Shown here in pieces: positions 63,961-64,000 of a stretch of 64,000 nucleotides of DNA (positions within the stretch are counted from its first letter, which is position 1; each line of letters opens with the position of its first letter). The notes beneath the pieces were generated by a model. It worked only from the letters and a program-made list of their open reading frames with translations. It did no database searches and was not told the origin of the DNA. A program made the position numbers and the translations under genes. Source of the stretch: the human T2T-CHM13v2.0 reference genome, Homo sapiens; NCBI RefSeq assembly GCF_009914755.1, contig NC_060926.1, one strand, 5' to 3'.

Positions 63961-64000
63961 CTAAGTATGCATTATGTTAACATATAAAACAATAGTCAAC

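Overview
Alu-rich primate genomic DNA. From recalled protein sequences it is the human FARSB-MOGAT1 locus (chr2q36). The left end holds FARSB coding exon 1 (minus strand, 3080-3137) with its CpG-island promoter and the start of intron 1. About 15.7 kb away and divergently oriented is the complete MOGAT1 gene (plus strand). Its six coding exons (18851-57001) splice with GT-AG junctions into a 335-aa DGAT2-family acyltransferase carrying the HPHG motif. MOGAT1 introns host antisense retrocopies. Intron 1 has an RRAS2 processed pseudogene inserted in an old L1. Intron 5 has a CLEC1A retrocopy that contains a U13 snoRNA retrocopy and three Alus. The rest is about 40 Alus, L1 fragments, solo LTRs (LTR7-family, THE1B, MER41A, MER21, MLT1/MLT2/MST) and simple repeats. 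Nearly all ORFs in the supplied track are repeat or low-complexity artefacts. I found no convincing new biological system. The best leads are: the apparently semi-processed CLEC1A retrocopy; an inverted-Alu deletion scar; a templated-insertion scar; a solo LTR7-family element and a consensus DR1 upstream of MOGAT1; and a cluster of XBP1/ATF6/CREB3-type motifs around the last exon. Gene and repeat identities come from recall, not database searches, and repeat boundaries are approximate unless a target-site duplication (TSD) is given.
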